A DNA stretch of 64,000 nt from Octopus bimaculoides. Lineage: Eukaryota. A program made the translations under genes and the position numbers. The DNA lies in assembly GCF_001194135.2 (NCBI RefSeq), contig NC_068982.1, positions 15,133,335 through 15,197,334 on the forward strand, in the 5' to 3' direction. The notes under the pieces are model-generated. The model searched no databases. It saw only the letters and a list, made by a program, of their open reading frames with translations, and was not told where the DNA came from. Positions 37,086 through 50,000 of this stretch are shown here, in pieces. Within the stretch, counting starts at the first letter, position 1; every line of letters begins with the position of its first letter.

Positions 37086-38029
37086 CCCCCCCCCTCAACT
37101 GAAGCAGGGGGATAGTATTGAGGGAGGTGGCTTTGGGCCATGTAATGTGAAGTTGAAGTCTGAAAGGGTGAAAGAAACGGGTGTGTTGCTGTAAAGGAGA
37201 TACATGGCTCCTTCAGTCAGAGAAGAGGGAGTTATTAAAACAACATTTAATCCTTACAATGAAGTCAATAGTCTGAAAAATTATCTTAATCAACATTTCA
37301 GACATTTAAAATTTTACAACTTTTTTAGGTCTGTCTTCAATATATTGCATACATGTTGCTGTTAATTTATTATTTCAACTACAACCTAAAATGATGAAAA
37401 TGAAAAAAAAAAAGCGGGGGACTAAACGCATCATAGCATTTAGTTTTTCTCATCTTAGTGGAAATCACTTTCGGATGAATTTTTTTTTTTTCTTTTCTTT
37501 ATCCATAATATAAGTTCCAATATTGAAATCTGCAATCAGTGCAGTCGATTTGTAACCCACCCACCCTCTTTCAGTTATAAGCCCTCTCTCTATTTCAGGA
37601 AAGTTGAAATATATTTTTTATTGGAAATAATTTGTGCACATGCATTAATTTTCATCTGATTCTCAGTCTACAACTGTCCAATTCTTTATTTGATTTCATC
37701 AGATCTTTACTGTAAACTGCCAATATATTTAAATAATAACATTTATTCTTGCAAAATGGAGATAGAGAGACTTGTGTGCATATGAAGATCCCAAAACAAA
37801 ATAAATTAAATAAATGTTTTTATAACAGATTGTTGTTTTCAGTTGTGACTTTTAAATAAATAATATTAAACACGTTTTATACTATATAGTCCTAGTTTTA
37901 TGTACCATTATAACCTGTTGATATTGACCTTTCTCCTTATTGCTTTCATTTCTAGTGGAGTTGTTGAATATCTACCAAAAAATACTTTCTACCGGTAGAT
38001 CTGTGCTTTTTTTAATTTTAAAGAAACCT

Positions 38030-38165
38030 GTATTTTATGGATCCTGAAAGGATGAAAGGCAAAGTCAACCTTGGTGGAATTTGAACTCAAAATGTAAAGA
38101 CAGACGAAATGCCTCAAAGCATTTTGCCTGGTGTGCTAACAAGTCTGCCAACTCATCACATTTAT
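38030..38165 (-). mobile_element. SINE family C 5' part
   Basis: GGATGAAAGGCAAAGTCAACC...GAATTTGAACTC. A further copy lies at ~46000-46230. Confidence 0.7.
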
Positions 38166-38194
38166 ATAATAATAATAATAATAATAATAATATG

Positions 38195-38706
38195 GTCATG
38201 TGTTGTGAATGAATGAGGACAGCTGTGTGAAAAAGTGTCACACTCTTGCAGTTGAGGGAACCTGTGGAAGAGGTAGACCCAGGAAAACCTGGGATGGAGA
38301 TATGCTGTGCTTGAGAAGACCCGACAAGCCAAGTGAGCCCATGGCCTATGCTAGTGGGTGTAACTAGCCCATTTATGAGTACCTCTCATTCATTGGACAA
38401 TGACCTTTGCTTGCGAAGACCTATTGAGGCAAGTGTAAACAAACCTAAATTGCTGACGTGGCAGTGATATGTGAAAAACAACATTTGACCGTGGATGTTG
38501 CCAGTGCCGCTTGACTGGCCCTTGTGCTGGTGGCATGTAAAAAGCACCCACTACACTCTCGGAGTGATTGGCATTAGGAAGGTCATCCAGCTGTAGAAAC
38601 TTTGCCAGATCAGATTGAGCCTGGTGCAGCCTCTGGTTCACCAGTCTTCAGTCAAACCGTCCAACCCATGCCAGCATGGAAAGCGGATGTTAAACAATGA
38701 TGATGA
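38195..38706 (+). mobile_element. RTE LINE 3' end (ORF C-terminus + UTR)
   Basis: SCVKKCHTLAVEGTCGRGRPRKTW then UTR and (GAT)n. Confidence 0.82.
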
Positions 38707-38974
38707 TTAATAATAATAATAACAATAATAAAAAAAATATAATAATAAAGCTTGGTAAGTTTAAACTTTTGTGTGTATGTTCTTTGGCTCGATTTGGATA
38801 AATTCTATTTAAATACTAACTTATCAGCTAAGAGATTTAAAGATTTCCACTCTAATAGAATTAGAATTTATTAAATCTTTATGTATTAACAAAATTCTTA
38901 CAAGTGTGCTAGAGCTCAAGTATGTGTGTATTTTCTCAAGACGTATCTTTGAGAAAATATACATACATAGGTGC

Positions 38975-39312
38975 ATGAGTGGCTGTGTGGTAAGTATCTT
39001 GCTTACCAACCACATGGTTCTGGTTCAGTCCCACTGTGTGGCATCTTGGGTAAGTGTCTTCTACTATAGCCTTGGGCCGACCAAAGCCTTGTGAGTGGAT
39101 TTGGTAGATGGAAACTGAAAGAAGCCAGTCGTATATATACACACACACACACACACACATATGTATGTGTGTGTCTGTGTTTGTTCCTCCAACATTGCTT
39201 GACAACTGATGCTGGTGTGTTTACATCCCCATAACTTAGCGGTTTGGCAAAACTGACTGATAGAATAAGTCCTGGGGTCGATTTGCTCGACTAAAGGCGG
39301 TGCTCCAGCATG
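38975..39312 (+). mobile_element. SINE family B, 3' end cut by the minisatellite
   Basis: Consensus stops at GGCGGTGCTCCAGCATGG, where the 42-bp array begins. Confidence 0.8.
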
Positions 39313-41583
39313 GAGCATTGGGCCTGATAGAAGCAAAGTAGCTTAGTTCCTTTTGAGCATTGGGCTTCAAGGAGGCAAAGCGGCTGAGTTCCTTTCAAGT
39401 GTTGGGCTTCACAGAAGCAAAGTAGCTTAGTTCCTTCTGAGTGTTGGGTCTCATGGAGGCAAAGTGGCTGAGTTCCTTTCGACTGCTGGGCCTCACCGAA
39501 GCAGACTGGCTGTGTTCCTTTTGAACATCGGGTCTCACCGAAGCAAAGTGTTTCTGTGTTACCCAGCACTTGAGCAGTGCACATCATTATATGTGCTTCT
39601 TATCATCAGTGTACTAGAGAGGGAGATAAGAATTAGGTCATCTGAGAATGTTACGTCAGCTAGATGAACCAAAAATAGTGTGATTAATCAAACTGCTAGA
39701 AACAGCAGCCAGATCTCCCTCAAATAGCATTCCTACTGTCTTTAAAAAAGAAGGGGGACATATTGAATAGTGTGGTTGGACCTCATGGAGGATTTCCTTT
39801 CGAGCATTGGGCCTCACGAAGGCAAAGTAGTTGAGTTCCTTTTCAGTGTTGGGCCTCACCGAGGCAAAGTGGTTGAATTCCTTTCAGTGTGCTGGGCCTC
39901 ACAGAGGCAAACTAGCCCAGTTCCTTCTGAGCGTTGGGTTGCACTGAACAAAGTTGTTGAGTTCCCTCCAAGTGTTGGGCTTCGCAGAGGCAAAGTGGCT
40001 CAGTTCCTATCAAGTGTTGGGCCTCATGGAGGCAAAGTAGATCAGTTCCTTTTGAGTTTTGGGCTTCACCAAAGCAAAGTGGCTGAACTCCTTCTAAGCG
40101 TTGGGCCTCACAGAGGCAAAGTGGCTGAGTTAAATTCAAGTGTTGGCCTCATGGAGGCAAAGTGGCTGAGTTAAATTCAAGTGTTGGCCTCATGGAGGCA
40201 AAGTGGCTGAGTTCCGAGCATTGGGCTTCACAGAAGCAAAGTGGCTGAGTTCCTTTCGAGCGTTGAGCCTCACAGAGGCAAAATGCCTGAGTTCCTTTCC
40301 AGCGTTAGGTCTCACGGAGGCAAAGTGGCTAAGTTCCTTCGAAGCGTTGAGCCTCATGGTGGCTAAGTGACTGAGTTCTGAGCGTTGGGCCTCACAGAGG
40401 CAAAGTGGCTGCGTTCCAAGCTTAAGGCCTCACAGAGGCAAAGTGGCTGAGTTGGTTTCCAGCATTGGGCCTCATGGAGGCAAAGTAGCTGAGTTCCTTT
40501 TGAGCGTTGGGCCTCACGGAAACAAAGTGACTGATTTCCTTTCAAGTGTTGAGCCTCATGGAAGCAAAGTGTTTCTGTGTTATTGAGCACTTAAGCAATG
40601 CACATCATTATACGCAATTCTTATCATCATTCTACTAGAGAAGGAGATAAGAATTAGGTCATCTAAGAATGTTACGTCAGCTAGATGAACCAAAAATAGT
40701 GTGATTAATCAAACTGCTAGAAACAACAGCCAGATCTCCCACAAATAGCATTCCTATTGTTTTTAAAAAAAGAAAGGAGACATATTTAATAGTGTGGTTG
40801 GACCTCATGGAGGATTTCCTTTCGAGGCAAAGTGGCTGAGTTCCTATCAAGCATTAGACCTCATGGAGACAAGTTGCTGAATTCCTTTTTAGTGTTGAGC
40901 CGCATGGAGGCAAAGTGACTGAGATCCGAGCATTGGGCCGCACAGAGGCATAGTGGCTGAATTCCTTTCAAGCATTGGGCCTCATGGAGGCAAAGTGATT
41001 GAGTTCCTTTTGAGTGTTGGGCCTCCTGGGGGCAAAGTGGCCGAGTTCCTTTTGAGCATTGGGACTGATGGAGTCAAGTGGCTGAGTTCCTTTGAAGCAT
41101 TGGGCCTCATGGGGACAACGTGACTGAGTTCCAATCAAGCAACAGACCTCACGGAGGCAAGTGACTGAATTCCATTCAGTGTGTTGGGCCTCACAAAGGC
41201 AAAGTGGCTGAGTTCCTTTCGAGCATTGGGCCTCACAGAGGCAAAGTGGTAGAGTTCCTTTCCAGCGTTGAGCATCATGGAGGCAAAGTGGCTAAGTTCT
41301 GATCATTGGGCCTCTCAGAGGTAAAGTGGCTGAGTTGCTTTTGAGCATTGGGCCTCACGGAGGTAAAGTGGTTGAGTACCTTTCAAGCATTGGGCCTCAC
41401 AGAGGTAAATCGCTGAGTTCCAAGTGTTGAGCCTCACAGAAGTAAAGTGGCTGATATCCTTCAGAGTGTTGGGCTTCACAGAAGTAAAGTGACTGAGTTC
41501 CTTCCGAGCGTTGGGCCTCACGGAGGCAAAGTGGCTGAGTTTCTTTCCAGCAGTGGGCCTCATGGAGGCAAAGTAGCTGAGTT
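39313..41583. repeat. 42-bp GC-rich minisatellite in three blocks, with a duplicated ~230-bp spacer (period 1021 bp)
   Basis: Consensus GAGCGTTGGGCCTCACGGAGGCAAAGTGGCTGAGTTCCTTTC, roughly 40-45 diverged units. Spacers ~39546-39775 and ~40567-40795 are homologous. Confidence 0.93.
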
Positions 41584-41584
41584 G

Positions 41585-41790
41585 TGAATGGCAGAAATGT
41601 TAGCACGCTGGGCGAAATGCTTAGTGGCATTTCGTCTGTCTTTACATTCTGAGTTCAAATCCAGCCGAGCTCGACTTTGCCTTTCATCCTTTTGGGGGTC
41701 GATAAATTAAATACCAGTTGCATACTGGGCTCAATCTAATCAACTGGGGCCCTCTCCAAAAATTTCGGGCCTTGTGCCTAGAGTAGAAAA
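41585..41790 (+). mobile_element. SINE family C
   Basis: GGCAGAAATGTTAGCACG...GAGTTCAAATCC...GGCCTTGTGCCTAGAGTAGAAA. Confidence 0.78.
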
Positions 41791-42929
41791 TAATATTTTG
41801 TCAGAATTCCACTTATTCTACACCAATAAATCTCTGGTTTAATATGCACATTTAGCAATTTTTGGCTGATTATAAGAAGGGTCCATTTTTGCTGAGGAAT
41901 CTACACTAGTTAAACATGTCTAGAGTTGGGTTTTATGTACTTAGTACTGAAAATTAATAATAAATGTCAACTATTGTTTTTCTTTTACTATATTGTTGCC
42001 GGCTTAACAAGTTGCTGAGTTTATATATATAGACCGACCTCAAAATGCTGAGCTTTACAAAGGAAATGATTAAAGACTGGAATATACAGTGCATTACTGT
42101 ACTCAAAATCTACCCATCACAACGGAACTGAACAAAATTGATATCCTAAAACCACTTTGGTAATGCTTGCTTATGAAAGGCACTGGTGTCTGGTGTCAGA
42201 TAAAAAGCACCCAGTACATTCTGTAAATTGGTAGTTGTTAGGGAGAGCATCCAGTTGTAGGAACCAACCCAAATCAGACTACTGAACTGGTGTGGATCCT
42301 CACCGTACCAGCTCCTACCAAACTGTCCAGCCAATACCAACATGGAAAACATACTTTAGATGATGACGATGACACATATTCTATGGCAATGAAAATGCTT
42401 ATGAAGAAAATGTACTTTACTTGGAAGTAGGTGAGGGTTAGCAATAAGGAAGGGCATCCAATTACAGAAAATCTGTCGCATTGAATTCCATTTGTTTCAT
42501 GCAAGCATAGAAAAGCAGGCGTTAAAATGGTGATGTTTATAATATAAGTATGTATGTGTGCATGGAATATATATATGCTGGCATCATCATTTAAATTTAT
42601 AGTTTTCCATGCATCATTGATGCTCTTCCTATCACCAACCCTGGCCTGTTTTCAAGCAAAATAATATTCTCCTGTGAATGAACATATTTTCATGGGAGAC
42701 TGGAAACGAAGGATGATGGTGGTGCTTGTTTATTTCTATGGAATATCTCTAGAATTTCAGAAGATACTATAAACATTGGAGGGTACCTTGTGCTTAACAA
42801 GAGTTTTGTTAACTTGTATGGTTGAGCATATTTTGTGGTCAGAAAATGCAAAATCAAATGTCCATCAAGTGGTCAGTACCATGAAACTGGGATAAACTTC
42901 TGCACGTTTCAGCATTTTCTAACAATGGA

Positions 42930-43225
42930 ATCATCATCATCATCATCATCATCATCGTTTAACGTCCGCTTTCCATGCTAGCATGAGTTGGACGATTTGA
43001 CTGAGGACTGGTGAAACCGGATGGCAACACCAGGCTCCAGTCTGATTTGGCAGAGTTTCTACAGCTGGATGCCCTTCCTAACGCCAACCACTCAGAGAGT
43101 GTAGTGGGTGCCTTTACGTGTCACCCGTACGAAAACGTCCACGCTCGAAATGGTGTCTTTTATGTGCCACACGCACAGGCCAGTCCAGGGGCACTGGCAA
43201 CGATCTCACTCGAAAATCCTACGGG
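42930..43225 (-). mobile_element. RTE LINE 3' UTR
   Basis: Family motif with (CAT)n on +. Confidence 0.8.
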
Positions 43226-43680
43226 AATGAAAAAGCAAAAAAACAAAAACAAAAAAAAGGTTTTCCTGTTGAGAATAAAACAGGTCATTGAGATCTACAG
43301 TAAAAATCACAATTTTTATTTTGGCATTTTTAAACAAGTATTTATGATAAACTACACATTGCAAATACTAAAGAAATATATAATTTAATGATGTTCTTTC
43401 CATTTATATTTTTATTTGTTTTATCATGCACATGTGGTTGGGAAATTACATTTTTAAAAACTTATACATATGCATATTGTTCCAACAATGCTTTTCCCCA
43501 CTTTTGATGGTTAGATTCTTTTCATGACTGCCAACCACTCGACCTTCAAGGACAAGTGGAAGCTATTTGTTTGTCAGGTAGGTTGAGGCATGTGAAATTA
43601 TCTCCTTTTCTACATAGACAACTTAAAAAAGTCATCCAGCCTTAACCTCGCACCCACTGTTTTTCATAATTTATAAAAGA

Positions 43681-44837
43681 CTATTGCATTTGAGTGTTTT
43701 CTTCACTGTCTAAATTCTGTAATACAAATGATAAATGTTCACAGATGATTGTATGGAGATCACTTGAAATATACATAAGAATTCTAAAATTGTCTTTGTC
43801 TGCTAAAACACCGCTTGGTGTTGCCATCACATCAGACAGGGTCTTGTGAACTTGACTGATCTTTTGGAAAAGATCAGGACTCAATGGCATTGGCATTACT
43901 TTGCAAACTTCTGTAAAGTTAGACAACCAATCGTAGTATTCCTGGCTACTGAAATCTGGTTTCGATACAAAATCTACTGGACCTTCAAGTTTATCACTTT
44001 GTAGAAGATGTTGGGAATCTGTTGCTATTTCTTCCTGCTTCACTGACTCGTTGTTCTCTTCAAATTGAACTTCAACAAAATGTGGCTGATTATCTTCACC
44101 TTTTACGTTCTCTATAAGTTGCTGAGCGTATTCAACTGGCACCTCTACTTGCTCTGTACAAGTTTGATTGGGATTTTGTTCAACATCTTCCAAGCTGACA
44201 ATAGTTATTACTGTGGCACCATCAGTAGTGTTTTCAATTAACGAAGGGAGATCTTGTTCAACGATTGTTGCAGCAATCTGATTTGCCGTGTTGTCATAGT
44301 TGGCAGAGTGTTCTTGTGATGCAGCTTGGCACATAGCTGAGAACTGCTCTCGTTCGTTTTCAGAGATAGTGCCGATGCCAGCAGACTGCATTGCCGTAGC
44401 TACCACCTGAGCCACAGTCTGTGAACTCGAACCATCTGTTTCTTCTAAGATAACATCCCCACTGTTCACTGGAGTGGCTATATGTGTCACTTCACTGCCT
44501 GTTAATCCTTCAACTATTTGGGCTAATTTTTTATGATAGGCTGTTGGTTTATTGTCTACAGCAACTCGAGAAACAGCTCCAGCTTGATTTCTCTCATTTT
44601 CCTTATATGATAATTGGGAGGTAGATTTGGCTTCTTGTTTAGAAATCTTAAAATTGCTCTCATGTTCTGAATGCTTACGTGTCGTATGGACCTTTAATTG
44701 TCCAGCCCTTTTAAAAGAATCACCACACAGTTCACAAGTGTAGGGTTTCGAACCCAAATGTTCTTTAACATGGCGTCTTTTGCTGGAAGGGTCACTAAAT
44801 CGTGCATGGCATAAATTACAAACAAATGGCTTCTTTC
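43681..44837 (-). CDS. AT-hook/C2H2 zinc-finger protein, last coding exon (fingers 7-8, acidic Q/E linker, C-terminal helical region)
   Basis: Acceptor T20-TTCAG|GA. Encodes KKPFVCNLCHARFSDPSSKRRHVKEH and KPYTCELCGDSFKRAGQLKVHTTRKH. 1157 nt = 2+385x3 to TAG. AATAAA on - at 43411-43416. Confidence 0.92.
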
Positions 44838-44984
44838 CTGAAAAAAAAAAAAAAAAAAAATCTTATTTACATGAAATTATCAACATTGTCATTAATATCG
44901 TTAGCAGTTTCTTGGATTAAAAAAAAAGAAAAAAACTGTTTGAGTACTTGTGGCTGCTTTAGTTGATTTTACCCTTCCCACTAA

Positions 44985-45250
44985 ATTTGTGTGGATGATT
45001 TGACCGAGAACAGGCAAGCTGGGAGGCTGCACCAGGCTCCAATCTGATTTGGCAAGGTTGCTACAGCTGGATGCCTTTCCTAACACCAACCATTCCAAGA
45101 GTGTGGGCTTTCATGTGCCACTGGCACGGGGGCCAGCCAGGCAGCATTGTCATCCGCCACGCTTGAACTGTGCTTTTTAAGTGCCAGTCATACAGCACTG
45201 GCATCGGCCACGACTACTATTTCACTTGGTTCAACAGGTCTTCACAAGCA
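44985..45250 (-). mobile_element. Diverged RTE LINE 3' UTR (intronic)
   Basis: CTACAGCTGGATGCC motif. Confidence 0.68.
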
Positions 45251-45825
45251 TAGCATATTGCCCAACGACTGAAGGGTGCTTTTAATGCTAATTATATGCT
45301 TATATATATATATATCACGTAGGTACTGTAAGTTTAGAGGTAATACTTGATAAGTGTAAGCACCTGTATATGCCAAATAGTGGCAGAGGTGAAAGAATAT
45401 ATCAAATGTAAATTGAAAACAGAACACAAAGGATATCGCGGTACACATGTTTCAAGCTTTATACACAATCTGTCATTACATCAGTATATATTGTTGATAT
45501 AAAGGATGGTTTAAAGCTATCTTCAGCCGCAAATATTGCCAGTCCCAAGATTACATCACATTATATTATCCATTATAATAGGTTTATCCTTTAAACAGTT
45601 ATATCTGCAGTTATATACATAGTTATATATATATATGACCTTATGCAAAGAGTACCAATGTATTACACAGAAAGAAATAATAATAATAATTTAATTAGTA
45701 ACAAGAACAGATTGAAGTTGACATATCTTAAAAATATAAATACAAATATACAAAAAACAAGAAAAAATACTGAGTATTATGAATGGCTACCATGAAGAAT
45801 AAGTTTATATAAAGGAGAAAGTCAC

Positions 45826-45909
45826 CTGTATGAATGATTTTATGCCTTGTTACATCTGATTGGTGAGCGAACCCACGGTTGCAATGATCACAGACAAATG
45901 GTTTTTCAC
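45826..45909 (-). CDS. Zinc-finger gene exon (finger 6)
   Basis: AG|GT GAA AAA CCA...: GEKPFVCDHCNRGFAHQSDVTRHKIIHTG. 84 nt, phase 1/1, donor GTGAC. Absent from the ORF track. Confidence 0.9.
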
Positions 45910-46834
45910 CTGAAAATTGATGTTAAAAGGTTCATATTTTAGAAAAGAAAACTGTCACAATCAAAGTATAATCTTGCTAAAACCCTTTAGAATTCAGCTT
46001 ACTCTGTCTAATATATTGCTTTCTATTATAGGCACAAGGCCTCAAATTTGTTGGGAGGGGACTAGTCGATCACATTGAGCCCAGTGTTTCATTGGTACTT
46101 ATTTTATTGACTCCGAAAGGATGAAAGGCAAAGTCAACCTTGGTGGAATTTGAACTCAGAACATAGCGACGGGCAAACTACCACGAAGCATTTCATCCAG
46201 CGTACTAATGATTCTGCCAACTCGTTACTTTTCTCAGTCTAATATAATGCTTATTTATTCAGTTTTGAATTATTCATGCGTTAACTTGAAACCAATATTA
46301 TTACTATTAATAATGCCATGCCAAAAAACACTTGAGATTTTGATATGATTATTTATTTTAGTATGACATTGTAGGGTAGGTATGAGAGGCCAAACCTGGC
46401 CAGTTTGAATATAAAACAGGAAGAATATTTGAGCCAAATATGGTTGGTTCAAAAGCTAGAGTTAATGATTATAGCAGATCCAAAAAATGATCTTTTAAGG
46501 TGTTTTTTATATTTCACTTATATGGAATATATCAAATCACTTTGATGGCATGCACTGTTCTCTCACTCAATAATAATAATAATAATAATAATAATAATTT
46601 CGAATTATGGCACAAGGCCAGTGATTTTAGGGAGTGGAAGTTAGTTGCATGATTATACAGTTTATGGTTTGAGTTTACGTTTTCAAAAATAACTGTACAT
46701 TTGAGAATATTAATGAAATTTGTTAATTAGTTATCATTAGCCATATTCATGCAAGACACAAATCTTGTAAGACACAAATCAGTTCCATAAATATTTCCCC
46801 AGTGCAGCATAGCAAACAAGTTTGCTGGTATGGT

Positions 46835-47140
46835 TCATCATCATCATCATCATTGTCATCGTTTAATGTCTGCTTTCCATGCTAGCATGGGTTGGACGGT
46901 CTAATTGAGGGCTGGCAAGCCAGAAGGCTGCACCAGGCTCCAATCCAATCCAATCTGGCAATGTTTCTACAGCTGGGTGCCCTTCCCAACACCAACCACT
47001 CCGAGAGTGTAGTGGGTGCTTTTTACATGCCACTGGCACGAGGGTCAGTCAGGTGGCACTAGCAATGACCACGCTTGAATGGTGCTTTTTACATGCCACC
47101 GGCACAGGACCAGTCAGCCAGCACTGGCATCAACCATGCC
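46835..47140 (-). mobile_element. RTE LINE 3' UTR (intronic)
   Basis: Family motif with (CAT)n on +. Confidence 0.78.
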
Positions 47141-47470
47141 GTTTATTAAAAGGAAAACCAAAACTTATCTAGGGACCTTGCAAACCTTGGAATGAGAGAG
47201 AAAGTCACTGACTGACTTTTTAACTAGCACATTAAACAATCAATTAGTTAACGAGTTGGTTAAATATTTAACTGATAAACAATTAAGTGGAATTGAACCT
47301 GTGCATGTGTTATCATTGGTGAAATGACCCACCCAACACACAAACTCACATCAAGAATCTTGCAAACCTAATTCGACAATGAAGCAACATTTATACACAT
47401 TTTCAATTAAAGAAAATGCCGAACAGGTTTTAGTTAGAAAATTAATGAAAATAGGAAAACTGAAAGATAC

Positions 47471-47722
47471 CTGTATGTACTTTAGAATGAGATTTTAGAT
47501 ACACCATCTGAGAAAACTTCTGGCCACATTGGTTGCACTCAAAGGGTTTCTCTGAAGAGTGAGTGATGAGATGGCGTCGTAGACAACTAATCTGACGGAA
47601 AGGAAGCTGACAAATATGACAAACATGTGGCTTGGAGTTGGTATGAATTGCTACATGTTCCAACAAGCTTATTTTACTCGAGAACTTGTTATCACATATT
47701 TCACATGCAAAAGGTTTGATTC
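47471..47722 (-). CDS. Zinc-finger gene exon (fingers 3-5)
   Basis: GIKPFACEICDNKFSSKISLLEHVAIH / KPHVCHICQLPFRQISCLRRHLITH / EKPFECNQCGQKFSQMVYLKSHSKVHTG. 252 nt, phase 1/1, AG/GT boundaries. Confidence 0.93.
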
Positions 47723-48324
47723 CTGCATAATTTTATGAAAGGGAAAAGAAAAAAATGAAAAAGATTATTTTAAAAGGTTGTTAAATGAAATAATAATTGA
47801 TTTATTTGGGAGAAGGAGAATATTGACATCGGGAGAGGAAGTACATTGGTTTAAATCATTGTGCCAACAACCACCTTGAGCACTTTTTTGAGCTCCATGT
47901 GTCTAACACACATGGGCATGCCTACAAAGTCAGAAAACAGCACAGCTCCCATGACTTTCAGAAACATTTTTTTCACACTCAGAATTGCTGAAGCGTGGAA
48001 CAAACTACCTGCATCAATTGTTAGTTGCTGAGACATTGCATCCTTTAAAACCTCCATGCTTCCTGAAATTCGTCAACACTACACCTGATATCCACCCCCC
48101 TCCATACACATGCACACATGTATATCATGACTCACATACACTGTTTACTTTCCTGACTTTTGTACATAATTCTATGTACTGTACATATACCTTCGATGAG
48201 TTGTAGTGCACCTGAGCACTGCACACAATAATTTCATTATTAATGTAAGACTAGGAAATTTGTTGAAAGAGGAAGACGGGGGGAAAAAATGATAATCACA
48301 ACTAAAGAAAATCAAAACACAAAC

Positions 48325-48447
48325 CTAAGTGAACAAGATTATGTCTTCGCAAACTTTCATTGTTTCGAAAACGTTTTGCACAACCATTAAAACTGCACTG
48401 AAATGGTTTTTCTCCTGTATGTACTCTCATGTGTACTTTGAGATTGC
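48325..48447 (-). CDS. Zinc-finger gene exon (end of finger 1, finger 2)
   Basis: [41 protein letters not shown]. 123 nt, phase 1/1. Confidence 0.92.
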
Positions 48448-48654
48448 CTGAAATAAATAAAATACATATGCACGTGTGAGACAGGGCTTTAACAGTAGGT
48501 TCTAGCAACAGGTGAAATGGGTAGGGCAAGTCTTGGATTTAATGCAGCTAGACAGCTGGCACAGAGGCTGGTGAACCGTATTTTGGTCCTTACATTAACA
48601 ATTCCCTCATTCTACAAACCATTTCGGATCGCATATATATATATATATATATCA

Positions 48655-49085
48655 CCACCACCACCATCATCATCATCATCGTTTAACGTCCGCTTTCCAT
48701 GCTAGCATGGGTTGGACGATTTGACTGAGGACTGGTGAACTAGATGGCTACACCAGGCTCCAATCTGATCTGGCAGAGTTTCTACAGCTGGATGCCCTTC
48801 CTAACGCCAACCACTCTGAGAGTATAGTGGGTGCTTTTACGTGCCACCGGCATGAAGGCCAGTCAGGCGGTACTGGCAATGACCAAGCTCAAAATGGTGT
48901 ATTTTACGTGCCACCTGCACAGGAGCCAGTCCAGCGGCACTGGCAACGATCTCGCTTGAATGTCTTTAAACGTGCTACTGGCACCAGTGCCAGGAAGGCG
49001 ATGCTGGGCACAGGTGCCATCACTATTTCACTTTCGCTTGCCCCAATAGGTCTTCGCAAGCTGAGTTTAGTGTCCAATGAAGGAG
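48655..49085 (-). mobile_element. RTE LINE 3' UTR (intronic)
   Basis: Family motif and internal repeats. Confidence 0.8.
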
Positions 49086-49087
49086 AC

Positions 49088-49121
<34 letters not shown>

Positions 49122-49484
49122 CCATTCTTGTTGTCCCCTTCCACAAAAAATATTAATGAATTAAAACAATTAGCTCTTAAGAATAAGGCAATAATTTAAT
49201 AGGTTACATAAATATGTAAAATCAGATTTGATTGAGCCTGGTGCAGCCTCTGGTTCACTAGTCCTCAATCAAACTGTCAAACTCATGCCAGCATGGAAAG
49301 CGGCAGAATTTGAATTCAGAATGGAGTGATGAGTGAAATACCTCAAAGCATTTCATCCAGCATGCTAACGATTCTGCCAGCTCACCGCCTTAAATACTAC
49401 TACTACTACTACTACTACTAATAATAATAATAATAATGATAATAACAACAGAATAACATAATAATAACAACAACAACAACAACA

Positions 49485-50000
49485 GAAAAGAGATGGTATA
49501 GGCACATGCCAGAAAAGGTCACAGAAAACGAGAAAGTAACCATACTCTGAGATATGCCAATACACACAGATAGAGAAATTAAGGCCAATAGGCCAGATAT
49601 AGTTGTCAGGGATCATGAAGAAAAAAAATGCTTTCTAATTGATGTATCAATACCTTCAGATGACAACATTTCTCTAAAAGAAATGGAGAAACTTTCAAAA
49701 TACAAAGATCTGGAAATAGAGGTAACTCGAATGTGGAATCTAAAACCAGAAATAATTCCTACCATAGTAGGTGCCTTAGGTGTAATAAAAAAATATTCAG
49801 ACAAATACATAACAAAAACACCAGGACTTACAAATATATATAACATACAGAAAATTGCACTACTGGGCACTGCACACATCCTATGCAAAACACTTTCAAT
49901 ACAGTAACCATAAGAGCACCAGCAAACCACAGCACATACCCAAGGCGCACAGAGCTGCGCTCGGTAGTGAAGTGAAAGCATGTTATAAAAATAAAACTAC
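49485..50000 (+). mobile_element. 5'-truncated R4/Dong-like non-LTR retrotransposon (restriction-like endonuclease C-terminus)
   Basis: NRPDIVVRD..KKCFLIDVSIPSDDNISLKEMEKLSKYKDLEIEVTRMW...IVGALG is a PD-(D/E)xK RLE signature. Flanked by (TAC/TAA/AAC)n 5' and (AAT)n 3'. Confidence 0.82.

Noticed and set aside
39313-41583. CRISPR-like array (regular repeat with internal palindrome)
   Set aside because: Units are contiguous with no unique spacers, are diverged, have no cas genes nearby and sit in a eukaryotic context. It is a minisatellite.
39291-41630. Repeat-derived ORFs as a real repetitive protein
   Set aside because: Frequent frameshifts and stops between units, no splice context and no consistent strand. 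Open frames are expected from a 42-bp (14-codon) unit.
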